DNA of 63,738 nucleotides, filler included, from Circinaria calcarea (Eukaryota): NCBI GenBank assembly GCA_051942165.1. It is 11 parts of 11 records of this genome, joined end to end, with 100 filler letters (N's around TTAATTAATTAA, not from the genome) between each part and the next. Parts side by side here need not be neighbours in the genome. Positions count along the whole stretch, not along the records: positions 11,627 to 17,336 come from JAVECS010001813.1; positions 17,437 to 23,146 come from JAVECS010001814.1; positions 23,247 to 28,952 come from JAVECS010001815.1; 8 more parts are not named here. One strand, 5' to 3'. Shown piece by piece: positions 13,939 to 25,820 of this stretch (position 1 is its first letter; each line of letters starts with the position of its first letter). The notes under the pieces were generated by a model. It saw only the letters and a program-made list of their open reading frames with translations, ran no database searches and was not told where the DNA came from. The position numbers and the translations under genes were made by a program.

Positions 13939-14962
13939 TCGCGGGTGAGATTCAAACTTGTACAATCAAGTTAGAAGATTGAATAATAAAAGGACTTGAC
14001 CTTGTACTTTTGCTCTTGCTGAATCCTAACTCTGGAGCATAAGATGTACGCCACTACTGGCGATCAATCGGCTAGCCAGGGCACGGCTCGGCTCGGCCCG
14101 GCTCGGCTGAGGCGTTTTCCTGACACGCTAGGCTCAAAAATATGGAATCGTGGCTCCGGTGTGTAGCAGATTCACTGCATTTTGGGGGTTTAGTTCTTTT
14201 TTTGCTAGACATCGGTTATGCTCGGGAGCACGGCACCGATGGGCTAAGCCCAATGCCGTAAGCACGGGGGGCAAGCTGGCAGAAACTGTGCATTCGTATT
14301 GGCCACACTAGGTCCACTAGCATAACATAGCTCCGTTGTGGATGTCCAATTAGGAGGTTTCGCTGGATTTTTGTTATGTTAAATTACTGTAATGTAGGCT
14401 CGGAATAACTGAATTCCAGCCAATCCATACCCTGCACTCGAAAGAGCCCTTGTGAGCTTATTCTGACCAGTACGCGGATTCCGCTTGAGCAGGCTATGGT
14501 ATGCCGGCCAGCCAAGCCTTACTGAATTGGGTTAGAGTATCGGTGCCGGCCTTCCGTACATAACAAACTTCGTACAAAAATCCAGCGAAACCTAAATGGA
14601 GCTATGTAAAGCAGGCGGGGGTAGCCTTGCAGACGAGATATCGATTGGCTGGGAGAACTGTTATTCCGGGCCTATCTAACATCCTCCGAGCATAACAAAA
14701 GAAAAAGCAAACCCTCCAATTGCTAAAACATGACGACGCAAGACTTGGGGTTGTAACGACAAGCATTAGCAACCGATAGCCAATCATGAAAATAATTTCG
14801 CACGGGACCTCTCCGCGACTCTGCATGAGATCTCGAGCATCCCAACGGCAATCACTGCTACACTGAGATCCCATGGCCATGCGGTGATATATGTAAGAGG
14901 GCCACGGCGTGGTTGAATCTCTTGGGCACCTTCAAGCTCATCTGATGACCATTGTGGCTAGA

Positions 14963-16185
14963 ATGGCTTCCATTATTGCCCCCAAGGAACTGGCGTATGA
15001 GATGGAGCACTAAGGGGGCCTGCCCATCATTGGCGGTAGTATTACCTTGATCACCGTTGCAACCATCGCGGTTGTCTTGCGTCTACTAGCACGGAAGGTC
15101 AAAACGCGGGGTCCCAAAAAGTTGCAATAGGAAATAGACGATTATATGATGGTTGCATCATTGGCTGGGGAAAACGTCTGCTTGCGAAGATCTCCCAGAA
15201 ATTGACCTCTCGTCCTAGTCTTGTGCTTAATGGGATGTTCTTTGCAATGATCCATTGTGAGCATATGCCTTAAATAGGAAACCGTCAGCTGTAACAATGC
15301 TGGCAGGCATCCATTACGGCCTGGGGAGACACACGGTGAAGGCGAGCATACCAAACATCATTGGATTTAACCGGGCGCTGTATGCCCTCGAACCCATATA
15401 CCCTGTTTGCAGCGCCGCCACTAGACTCTGCATCCTTCTCCTGTACAGCCGCATGTTCTGAACTCATCGAACCCATTTCAAGTACGTCTTGTACATGACC
15501 TTTGTTCTCGTTGTCGGCTGGGCGATTTCCGGTTTCTTCACCACGATATTCCAGTGTACACCCATCCGGGGCCCTGGCAGGGCAACGTGTATAGATTTAA
15601 CATCCGCCCTTCTCGCCCTTGGTACAATTGATGTTATTTTGAACGGAGTAGTCCTCATCTTACTAATGCTTATGGTCTGGTGCCTTCAGCTACCCTTCGA
15701 ACGGAAGTTTGCTAGAAGTGAAATTTTCTTACTCCGTAGCGGGCACGTTCCCTTGTCATGTATCACAGGCCGATATGTGTGTCATTTAAAGGCGGTATAG
15801 CCAACGGAGTAATACAAGCGATGTCGTCTTAAGTGTAATCCGGACATACATCACGTCCAAATATAGGATAACAGGTTTTGATACTGGTTGTAGGTGTTTT
15901 GTTGACTCTCATTAAAACAGTTCCCCGCGGAACCTCTTAGCATCATAGCATCCAGCTAATCCAAATCTTAGGTTCGCGGCCGCTCCTGCCTGGTTGGCCT
16001 TAGCTGAACCTTGCCTCGGCATCATTTACGCATGCCTTCCCGTTCTGCGTCCACTGTTTGACAGCGTTAAGCCTTTAAGCGACTTTTTCAGCGCCCGTTT
16101 CCATAATAAAGTCAGAACCAAAGGAAGCCAAGATAACTTCCATCACCGTCCAGTCCGCATTCTGACCAAGACCTACTTCGAATAA
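14963..16185 (+). pseudogene. PTH11-like (fungal rhodopsin-domain) integral membrane receptor, degenerate
   Basis: 'AVVLRLLARK..*EIDDYMMVA', 'TTIFQCTPI', 'DVILNGVVLIL..VWCLQL' and 'WLALAEPCLGIIYACLPVLRPL', with in-frame stops and broken frames. Confidence 0.75.
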
Positions 16186-17155
16186 AGTCCGAAGGCTGGT
16201 GGATAGAGCTTGGAGCGCAGGATATGCGAGGCGTCGAGAACAATACCTAAAGGGGCAAAGCAGTCGGACTAATTGACCATGGTCCAGGATTGGTAAATGG
16301 ACCACCTACTACGTGTATTCGTGTGAGGTCAGATATAGAGTCTTTCTCACACGAAGCGTAACATTGCGCATATTGATAATCTCCGTTGTGAATTAGCGCT
16401 GGAATGTTCCGTATTTGTACATGTAAAAATGGCCCACTTCGTTGGTGTAGTATTTAGGACGCAGTGTTCTAGCCTTGAGTACGTAGGATAGTATTGAGTA
16501 GTAGTCCGTATAATCTAAACCATATACGAATTAGCCTCAAGTCGGACGAACGCTACCATCTTCATGCCAAAGAGATAGAAGCTGAAGAGACCTGGAGGCT
16601 CGGTTATGACTGAAGAATAGAGTTGTAACTTCATCACTGTTTTGTTTTTGAGTTTGTTCTAAACATCTGGGATCAATTGCAAAGACAGAGAGGGGCGATG
16701 AGACTTTAGATTAAAGACATGTCGGCAACAGGACAGTATATTTCAGCCTTAACAAGGTAAAGAACCCTCCATAGAGTAGGGCAACTATATAGATTAATCT
16801 CAGCTCTTAGACCAAAGGCCAGGATCTCTTGACGGAAGAATAGGACACGATAAGCTTGGACGTCTGCATCTGTCATTAGCGCCAAGACCAGAGACGAGCA
16901 CTATTGAAGAGCAATTGAGCGTTGTATCTCGATTAATGATATGTAATGTACACTCGTCGATTCCACTGCAAGTATCCTACTCGTCTAATAACCTCGGCCT
17001 ACCTTCCATAACAAGCGAGCACCGCGCTCCGGCCTAGGTACAAAGTACATTTATAACATGTCTTGAAATACGCTCAGTGACCCCAGAATGCAACTGCAGA
17101 GGGGAGTAGCGGCGGTTGCGGTGCCTTAAGATGATAATGCTAGGTGTTTGATAAC

Positions 17156-17336
17156 TTAATCATCAATAGCATGTTGTGAACCGTTTTCAGATCCAAACCC
17201 AGCACCGAAACGACCAACTTTGATGCTGGGATCGGACGCAATCATTTCCGCCAGGATGTCGATGACGGGCTTCGGTACGGTCTTGTCGTATATTGAGATG
17301 AGGTCGCTGGGCTGAGGGTAGACTTTGAGAGCCTTG
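17156..17336 (-). CDS. TOM20: Mitochondrial import receptor Tom20, C-terminal part (5' truncated)
   Basis: Hand translation [36 protein letters not shown]...* matches the conserved fungal Tom20 C-terminus. Not in the ORF track. Confidence 0.85.
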
Positions 17337-18559
17337 NNNNNNNNNNNNNNNNNNNNNNNNNNNNNNNNNNNNNNNNNNNNTTAATTAATTAANNNNNNNN
17401 NNNNNNNNNNNNNNNNNNNNNNNNNNNNNNNNNNNNCCCCCCCCCCCCCCCCCCGGAAATTCACCTACCTATCTACAAGACCAAGTCTTCACATGTCCGC
17501 ACCACTCTCTCAAACAAATCCCATCCCTCCTCCCCGAAAACCCCATCACCGCTCTAGCGTCCAGCGCACACTGTTACATTTCTGAAATAAAACTGAACTG
17601 AAAAAAAAAAGGTTTCAGAACCCAAAGTCACCCAAAAATCCCTCGCTTTCCTAATCTTATCTTAGCGCAATCCCTCAATTCTTACCCGACAGCATTCCCG
17701 ACAGCATTCTCCCCCCCCTACTCCGTAAGTAATTATGGCGTTCGAACCCGCAACCGCAACCGCAATAATCTCCCCAATCTCCCAATAGACCCCCAACCTA
17801 CCCTCCCAGCGAAAACCAAACCAGCCAGAGTTTATACATACCGCATATTAAACCACAAACCCCAGACCCTTTTCCGTCCGTTCATTTGTTCATTTGCTCA
17901 TCTATTCATCTATCATCAGTAAGGAAAGAGGAAACCTATTTCACTTAACAAAGTTACGAATACTTTTTTACTTTTCACGGCTCGTAGCCCAAGCCCAAGC
18001 CCAAGCCAAAGCGAGCAAAGCTAGCCAATGGTTTTTTGCATTTCTAATTTTGTGTTTTGGTTTTTTGGAAAGGGGAGGGGGAGGGATCAATGGCTAGGTT
18101 ACTTGCTTGCCACAAAGGACCCGGGGGGTGTGGGCAAGTTGTCCGGTTGTGGGCATCGAAACGGTGGGGGAATTTTGGCTTTCTTTTTTGACCTACATTG
18201 CCAGGAGGGTAAGTAAACAAAGGTGATGGACGTTGGTCCGGGATACCGCCTCCTCGTTTTCGTAACCAAAGGGCATGGAGATATCCGGGCGCGATGGCTA
18301 TGTGGAGAGACAACCTGTCACGAAGTAAGAGTAATATGGCTAATAGGTTCTCATGTTCCTTATCATTTCTCCAACCCGTCATCTCGAGATTCCTAACCAA
18401 AGAGCGTAGTAGATGGAAATTCATCAGATCCACATCCAAGATAGACCGATCATTCATGACAAAATGTAACACATCATTCCCCCCCCCTTGGTCGTAAAAG
18501 ACTCGTTAAATCATAGAATCCAATTGACGCTCTCATTCCTTAAGTTTCTACTTTCTCCG

Positions 18560-19739
18560 TTAGGTAGCTGGGTGGAGATTCACCTTCGCTAACTTTTCCT
18601 CCATACTTTTGACGACTCCCTCGTCCGGCTGAAGTTTCACCCGTTTGGGTGGATGACGCTTACACTGGTCGCAGAGCCGATGCTGGCAACTACCACACGT
18701 CTTTTCGTGATCTTTGAACATGACCTTACAGGAATGACATTCCCAACGGATACGAGTGCGGATTGCTCTCAACTGACGTTCGGCGAGGGGGTAGGTTTCT
18801 TCCTTATCCCCGGGATAGCCATTGGGCCATTTGTTGAGTTTGGGTCTGAAATCATTAGCGCAAGGGAAATGACAAAGGGTAGAACAAGACTTACGGATCT
18901 CGCGGACATGTAGGACACCGCTCGTGCTGACAGATGCTGCACTGAGTGGCCTTGCCCACGAATACAGTATCGCACTTGTGACAGATCCTACGCACGCGAT
19001 GCATCGGCGCCTTGCGCACCAAGTCCTGCCCAGTCTTCGATGGCTTGATCAGGATATTCGTGTTAAAAGCTTTGGCACGTATCACATTCGGAGCCATGGA
19101 TAGATCAACCAGTGGCATCAAAGCGGCCATCGGCGCTACCACCTTAATCTTCGTATCCGCTGCCTGTGGATCCTTGGGCCGTTTGGTCGGGAATCTCGGG
19201 CATTTTTTGCACCGAGTATGCTCACAACTGACGCAAACCTTTTCGGGGCCGAAAGTCGTTTGACATCGGTGACATTGCCGATGAACTCTCATGCGAATCT
19301 TCTTCTCGACGCGCTCAGCATCGCCACGAGTTGGCGGAGTCCATTCCCCTGGCTCTAGGGTTAAGCCATACTTGGCGAACATTGTACGCGCCCTTTCCTC
19401 CTGGATGGAATAGCTTTCAGCAGCAGTTGTTGCAACCTTCCGAGTCGCCCTCTCAATGGGTTTGCCGGCGGTCTTGGATAGTAGTGCTGAATTAGGAGGT
19501 GGGATGGCAGCGAAAGAAGAGGACGAAGGGATCACCATGGCAGTCGTCACTTTTGACGAGCTGTTTCCACGAGGTGTTGGAGTAGCCTCAGATGCACTTG
19601 CGAGGGGAGTTTCAGTTGCGCTAGAGATGGAGCCTCTCTTGCTTCCTCCCTTGAGAACCTTGCTGGCACGTCTCATGAACTTTGACAAGCCCTGTCTGTC
19701 TTCACCAAGCCCAGAGGCACCAGGGGCAGAAGAAGTCAT
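18560..19739 (-). CDS. Conserved hypothetical Cys-rich protein with three CxxC-rich zinc-binding-like modules; one intron ~18848-18895
   Basis: The repeat RxR(x)xCHxC..F....C..C.H..C..C.R.P occurs three times across two exons joined by GTAAG..AG. Confidence 0.7.
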
Positions 19740-22700
19740 GACTGCGAGGAATATGTGATATCCAATCCTCTGGTTGGTTTGCCGATTGTAATGAAGCGAT
19801 TATCAATCAATTTTACCTTAGCCGCAACAGGCTCCTAATCGTCAAAGGATACCTGTAGCTTTGACAAAGCCGAGTAATGATTATAGAGCTGCAGGCGATA
19901 TGATTTGTATTTAAGAGAGCTGACTGAATCTGTGAGCGCTTGCTAGACCAACCCCAATCGTCAACAGCCTTGGGTTCTCAACGCTGTGGCTTTGTGTGAG
20001 TAAGTCGGAGAGGAGGATGGTTATCGAATGGGATTGGACCAGGTTATCGGGATTCGTGGAGGCTCGTAATGTGGGCGGTGTCGCACCGACCGATCCCAGG
20101 ACCAAGACGGTGGGATTTATCAAAGTATAATGACGGCGTCAACCAATCGAAAGAAAGCGCGTCCCAATCAAAAAGGTGTCGGCGGGCGCAATACAGTGGA
20201 CAAGATTCAGTGTCGCATTGTGCTTCTCCAAGAAGCCTCACGATCCTCTCGGGATGACGGATCTGGCTGCAGTCTTTTGGCTGAGTAGAAGGATTGGGGG
20301 AGGGATATCTGGCTTCTGGGAGCTGGGGGGGTTGTTATTATCCGAACGGTGCAAGCAAGTCAAATGAGCGGAGTAGCCTAGTACAGTAGGGAGTAGCATC
20401 ATCTGCCCGCCTTTTTCGTTTGTTCGTTCGTTCGTTCCGGCCTCGCTTCCAAGCCGTTCATGGAGAAATCCGTCGGCCTGCATTGCTCGGGATTGTGACA
20501 GGAAGCCAATCATCGTGGGCCCCAGATATTCATTGTACCGGGGTAACTGCAGCTGCATGCATGGCAACGTCCGATTGTCCAGTTGTGACGCTCGACCTGA
20601 CTCGATTGGGCATGAGCTTCTTACTTCCTGGCGTTCCGGTTACCCTTATCGAAAGATTGCCCCGGCGTCGATCAACCGTGCTCGCTCTGCTCTCTACTGG
20701 ACACAATAAGGTACTCCGAACCGACTCGGAATTTGGCACATCCGGACTGACTCGGAAGCAACGATAATGGACTACAGTAGGTTTGGACTCATCTACATGA
20801 TTGCTCGGCTCGAAGACACCTTAGATCAGTAGCACCTTATCGATCTATGATAACCGACCATGGTACAGACCATGGGGCGCCTGCTGCTTATTGTGCCCGG
20901 TTGCAGGGTGGTGGGGTCTTGATCTTGTATGGCCGATTAATGGATGACACCTCACAGTTCTGGATCTCAAACCTACGGTAGAGCAGCGGCTCTTGCCGAG
21001 ATGAAGCGGGTAGATTACTCAAATAACATCTTTCACATACATCATCCCAATCGCAGCATCATTTCGCCCCGATCCTGTACCTCTTGTCCCTACTCCGCGT
21101 CGCTGTGGCTTGGGACGAGACGAAAAAGCAAGGTTTGGAAAAGCAAATTGGGAACAAAAGTCTAATAATTTAACATTTGGGCCGTTTCCAGTACAGTGTC
21201 ACCGACATGAGTCGATTGCAGATGTGAAGTGGAGTCTGCAGTTCGTTGGCCATGCTCCTTGCCAATCAACAGACCCGCCCTCTCGGCCCCGGTCCAGATC
21301 AATGGCTGGATACGGGGGAGTCCAGGTCATGGATAAGGCGGATCGAAAGCCCGATCACTCGGTTCAGCGCGCTATTTCCAATCATCGCAGCCGCAGAGTT
21401 CGTCCAACACATCAGGGGAGCCTCTGCTTGCATGAAGCCCCCCAAACCCAAGACCAAATTACCGGTGCCACATCCCGAAGATTTCTGCCGACTTCTCGAC
21501 GACGTGGGAGTCTTCGCGCAACAATCGGATCCATTTCCGTAGATGAAATACCTACCTCGAAAGACCCATGAGCGGCTCGAACGGCATCTGCGCGCATTCA
21601 CGTTTCCCAGAGAAGCAGTGAGCAGGTAAATTGCCTATGCGCGCGAAAGAGAATCTTCAGTCCTCCTGGAGCAGACCCACAATGATATCTTTTGAGTTCA
21701 TGCTTGGCTGTATGATGTTCTGGTCAGCGACCAGCGACCAGCGAAAAACGCCCTCATGCATGCACTGTCCTCTCGCGGGGTGTTACGGAGTACACTACTT
21801 TTGAGAAATTGACTTAGCGTATTCGGTAATCCGGTAATCTCGGCACGACGGTGCCTGGCGCACGGAACAATATTCTGTTGGTTTGCACGGTAGGATTGCT
21901 GCTGTTCTACGGAGCGTGGCTGATGGGCAGTTTGAGCTTGCCGCGTCAAGCCTTTACCGCCGGCCTCATTGTTGACGGAAAGCATCATGGAGGCTTCTGG
22001 GATGTACATACAAGGATGTGCTGTTATCAGCCAAAAGCTATCATGCTACGTCCAGACTCTATCCTTCTTGCCATCGAACCTTACCCTACACTCGATACGG
22101 TTCCGCTGATAGGTAGTACTACTACTTGGTCACGTCAGACTTGCCGACCTGCAGCAGGAAATCGAGAGTTCCTAGCATCGAGCTTGGTCCGGTGTTCTCA
22201 ATCCCGGAATTAGACAACCAGTCCGTGCGTAAATTGATTATCTACGAATCGGAACGGTCGAGATGGATGAAAGGCCTCAAGACATCCGACGAAGAAAGAT
22301 GGCTTACTATGCTGGGAAATTGACCTGAAGAACACCTCGTCCGAGAAGCTGACCCATTGCAGGTCCCGTTGCTCACTATTCTTTGGAGGTAATATACCTG
22401 TCACTCTGGATGTATCGTGGACACACACACACCCCAAATACGTCTTTGCTGTACAATGCTGGCCACAGTCCGAAATATCCAGTTTTTGGGCTCGGACTGG
22501 CTGGGCTGCGGTAGAATATGGCTGGACCAGACAGTCCATACGTTTATACTATCGAATTGGGTAGACTACGGTGTGAGCTATTCGGATTGTCACCATGGAC
22601 TGCAGTCTACTCGGATACAATTGAAATAGTAGGTGCATTTCAGTCCAGACCGTCGTACGAATGGAACATTGCTACTACCGTCCGAGAACAGAAATACGAT

Positions 22701-22989
22701 TCTGACCCTTTCCAGTCACCCTTCGTTTTAACGAATAACATGTTCCGGCACACAGATCAACAAACATACTGACACTAAACAGGAAAGTGCATATCACAAC
22801 AGACTTCATTCCTATATGCTCAGAGAACAGGCCGGCCAACTAACCTCGAACCAATTGTTGAATCCTAATCGAAGTCCAGCAATCCGCCAAACCATAATCT
22901 ACCCCCTTCCACCTATTTCCCGCCACAAATGCCTTTCCGCATAAACGCTCCCCTCTCTCCAATTCCTCCATCCCCATTCCTTCTATAAT

Positions 22990-23146
22990 CTAATAGATAC
23001 AGCATCTGATATTCGCCCCTCCTGGACAAAGGCCTGTATAAATCGTGCCACCGGAACAAGTCCCGCCAACGTTTGTATCGACACATATACCGCGCTGGTC
23101 GGGTCTGAAGCGTAACTTCCTAACGCAGGTCTGGCCCTGGCGGGTT
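22990..23146 (-). CDS. C-terminus of a small Cys-rich, defensin-like/Cys-knot peptide domain (5' truncated)
   Basis: Hand translation TRQGQTCVRKLRFRPDQRGICVDTNVGGTCSGGTIYTGLCPGGANIRCCIY*; 6 Cys ending in CC. Confidence 0.65.
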
Positions 23147-23246
23147 NNNNNNNNNNNNNNNNNNNNNNNNNNNNNNNNNNNNNNNNNNNNTTAATTAATT
23201 AANNNNNNNNNNNNNNNNNNNNNNNNNNNNNNNNNNNNNNNNNNNN

Positions 23247-24038
23247 CGAGGCGACCATCTTGTGCCTCAGAGATTCTCCCACTGCCAGCACGGGAAGCGG
23301 TCAAGTGGGAGCTGCGGCCATTTACTACCAGTCTGGTGGATAACCCATTCACTGGAACACCACGCCCTGCGTTAGACCAGGCGTGGCATAACCTACTACA
23401 AAGTATGTTCCTTTTGGCTTCACGTATACACTGGAGACCAATTACCTAACGTTTCTACTAGATGATCATATCAAAGTACCACATCAAACTCTAAAGGCTT
23501 TGAACTTAACTTCTGTTGAACTCCAAGATCAATCAGGAGACATCGCATCCCTGGGGACTTTCCACGCGCTTCACTGCCTGGTAAGTTAATACCCCGTTAA
23601 TACCCTGTTAATACCAAACTTATTGGTATCGTGCAGAAGAAGATACGGCAGATGGCGTACAAGGAGCATTATCACCATGGTAAGAACACAGCTCAGATGC
23701 TTCGCGAGCAAGCACATTCAGGTAAAGTCACCCTATCTCCATCCGCCGAGCGTACGTGCGAGTCAGCTGATGATTTAGATCATTGTATTGAATATATTCG
23801 AGAATACTTGATGTGCAAGCCAGATCTTTCTCTGGTTACGTTCCATTGGATCAACAACACTGCACAGCATGCTGATAACCCATCACTTCGCCTCCCGACA
23901 AGTTGGGATCATTCTCTGCACGAATGTGCTAATTGGGAAATTCTCAACGCTTGGGCGGGCGAGCGCGTCTTTGATCTTTATCGGTACGAACTGTTGCGGC
24001 AACCGGAACATGGCCTGAGCTACGACAAGGATAATTAG
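23247..24038 (+). CDS. DUF3328/UstYa-family oxidase (5' truncated); introns 23403-23461, 23581-23636, 23722-23778
   Basis: Spliced product ...PAREAVKWE...NPFTGTPRPALDQAWHNLL...GTFHALHCLKKIRQ...HSDHCIEYIREYLMCKPDLSLVTFHW...HECANWE. Two HxxHC motifs, the DUF3328 hallmark. Confidence 0.93.
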
Positions 24039-24452
24039 ATTGACGCAGGGTCGGCAGTATAGTAGTTTAAATTAAATGATGAACCTAGAAAAGTGCTGTG
24101 GCGGCATCCGCGCTCGAATGTTGAGGAATCTCTTGTGAAAGTAGCAATCTCGGATCAAAAGGGCGTCCACGGATGCGATGCCCTCCAGAGTGAAATGTTA
24201 TTTGGCCAAACTCGCCGGCTGACCCGTCTACGCCACCTAGACATCTTCCGAGGTTAACCTAATTATATCACTCGGAGTAAGACAATCAGGGAAAATAGCC
24301 AACATTATGAAGGCTCCTCGATCGGGCCCGGCGGGTTGAAGTGACGGTGTGGTGTGCGCCTCTGTATCAACCATCTGAGCGGCCGGTGCCTGCGTGCTGA
24401 TCCAGCCCAGAAACCAATGTGGGCCCGTACTGCTCTCCGTCTGTCTACCGTT

Positions 24453-24460
24453 ATCTATTT
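24453..24460 (+). promoter_or_regulatory. TATA-like element upstream of the precursor gene
   Basis: TATTTAA about 90 nt before ATG 24546, followed by a CT-rich then CA-rich leader typical of fungal promoters. Confidence 0.4.
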
Positions 24461-24545
24461 AACTAGAGCTTCCTTCTTCCCTCTGACTTAATACAACAAC
24501 CCACAACTCAACACTATCTGCCCTTGACAGCTGAACGTGACCACT

Positions 24546-24820
24546 ATGAAGCTCCACCTCTACTTTCTCTCCATTCTCCTAACGAGCATGATGGCTCTTG
24601 CCTATCCGACCCCCAAATGTGCGTTGTCTATTTCCTATCCACGGTTAATCCAACCCCGCTTACAAAAGCAGCAGCTGCAGCCTCCGAGTCGCTAGACGCC
24701 GACGAAGCCGTTGTGTACTCTGCAGAAGATGTGAATGTGTGGGAGAAGCGGCAGATGGCCGGGCTGGATGCGGATGAAGCGGTTGTGTACTCATCTGAAG
24801 ATGTCAACGTTTGGGAGTGA
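24546..24820 (+). CDS. Kex2-processed repeat protein (KEP), putative dikaritin RiPP precursor, ~73 aa; intron 24619-24671 (alternative in-frame acceptors 24668/24674/24680)
   Basis: Spliced product MKLHLYFLSILLTSMMALA-YPTPKSAAASES-LDADEAVVYSAEDVNVWE-KR-QMAG-LDADEAVVYSSEDVNVWE*: signal peptide, two near-identical repeats, KR site. Confidence 0.88.
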
Positions 24821-25820
24821 AGGGCATCGCTTCGGGCAGGGGGAAGGCAGGGAGAAGGCAGGGGGCTCGTCTAGATGGATTTTCCGTGAATGTGATAGAG
24901 CGACAGGACTTAGTTAATGTGCTAATCAAAGCCTAAATGGCGCTTATGCCCGCCATGGCCTGTGAAGACATCCGTCACCAGTACTTGGCTGTCATTAGAG
25001 AGACATTTTTTTTGATTTTTTTGAGTAGCAGTCAGGTAGTGAAGATAAGGTAACTAAAACGGGCGGCGGCACCCGAGCGGTGAAACGCGACGCGGGAATT
25101 AAAAATCACGACGACAGGAGCGCTTCTATGACAAGTTCTAGCGGCCACGCCTAGCCCTAAGGAAGGGTAGAACTTGACCTTCGACCATGGTCCAAGCTAC
25201 ACCCCTCTGAAGAAAACAATCCATCCAGTGCGGATGAGGTTGATGGATGGTCAGGGTTGCCCGCCGCCGAGCCGTGGCAGTGTTCGAATAATTCTTCCGT
25301 AGGTCAGATGCACTCCCAAACCATGCATCTTCATCTCCATATACGGCTACTCGGCCGTGCACTGCGTCCACCAATTTCCATCTTCCTCCCAACCGTTTCT
25401 CAGACGGTACATCGAAGATGAATGCTTCCGGGCCTTTCTCGAGATGTTAAGGCGGCGATGCGGGCTGGCCATGGTCTCATGGTCTTCACCAACGCATACT
25501 CCCATTTCACGCAGGAGTAGGGGGGCCCCCCCCCCGGAATTATGATGTTAAAAAAGCACCTACGGCAGCATAGAGAAGACTCCCGCCGGTACCGCAAAAG
25601 TTCAAGTATGCAAAAGGATGCCCTTTCTATGCAGCTTGCCTGGGATACTGGTCCTATTGGCTACATATATCCATCTGTCCCAATCCTTCAAAGAACCCAA
25701 ACATCGAGTTGCCGGCTGATGATTTTATTCTGTCAAGCTCTGTTCATACAGTGTTTGCTACTTCCTCAATATACTACTGCTACAAAGTCTATGTAATCTG
25801 GCAGTCTCACTTTCTCGAAT

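Noticed and set aside
20860..22770. Several overlapping 60-150 aa ORFs
   Set aside because: No recognisable motif or consistent exon chain; at most an unidentifiable gene relic.
24546..24820. Alpha-factor-like mating pheromone precursor
   Set aside because: It has KR and DA/EA-like dipeptides, but lacks the WC...GxxCW peptide of Pezizomycotina alpha-pheromones. The adjacent DUF3328 favours a RiPP precursor.
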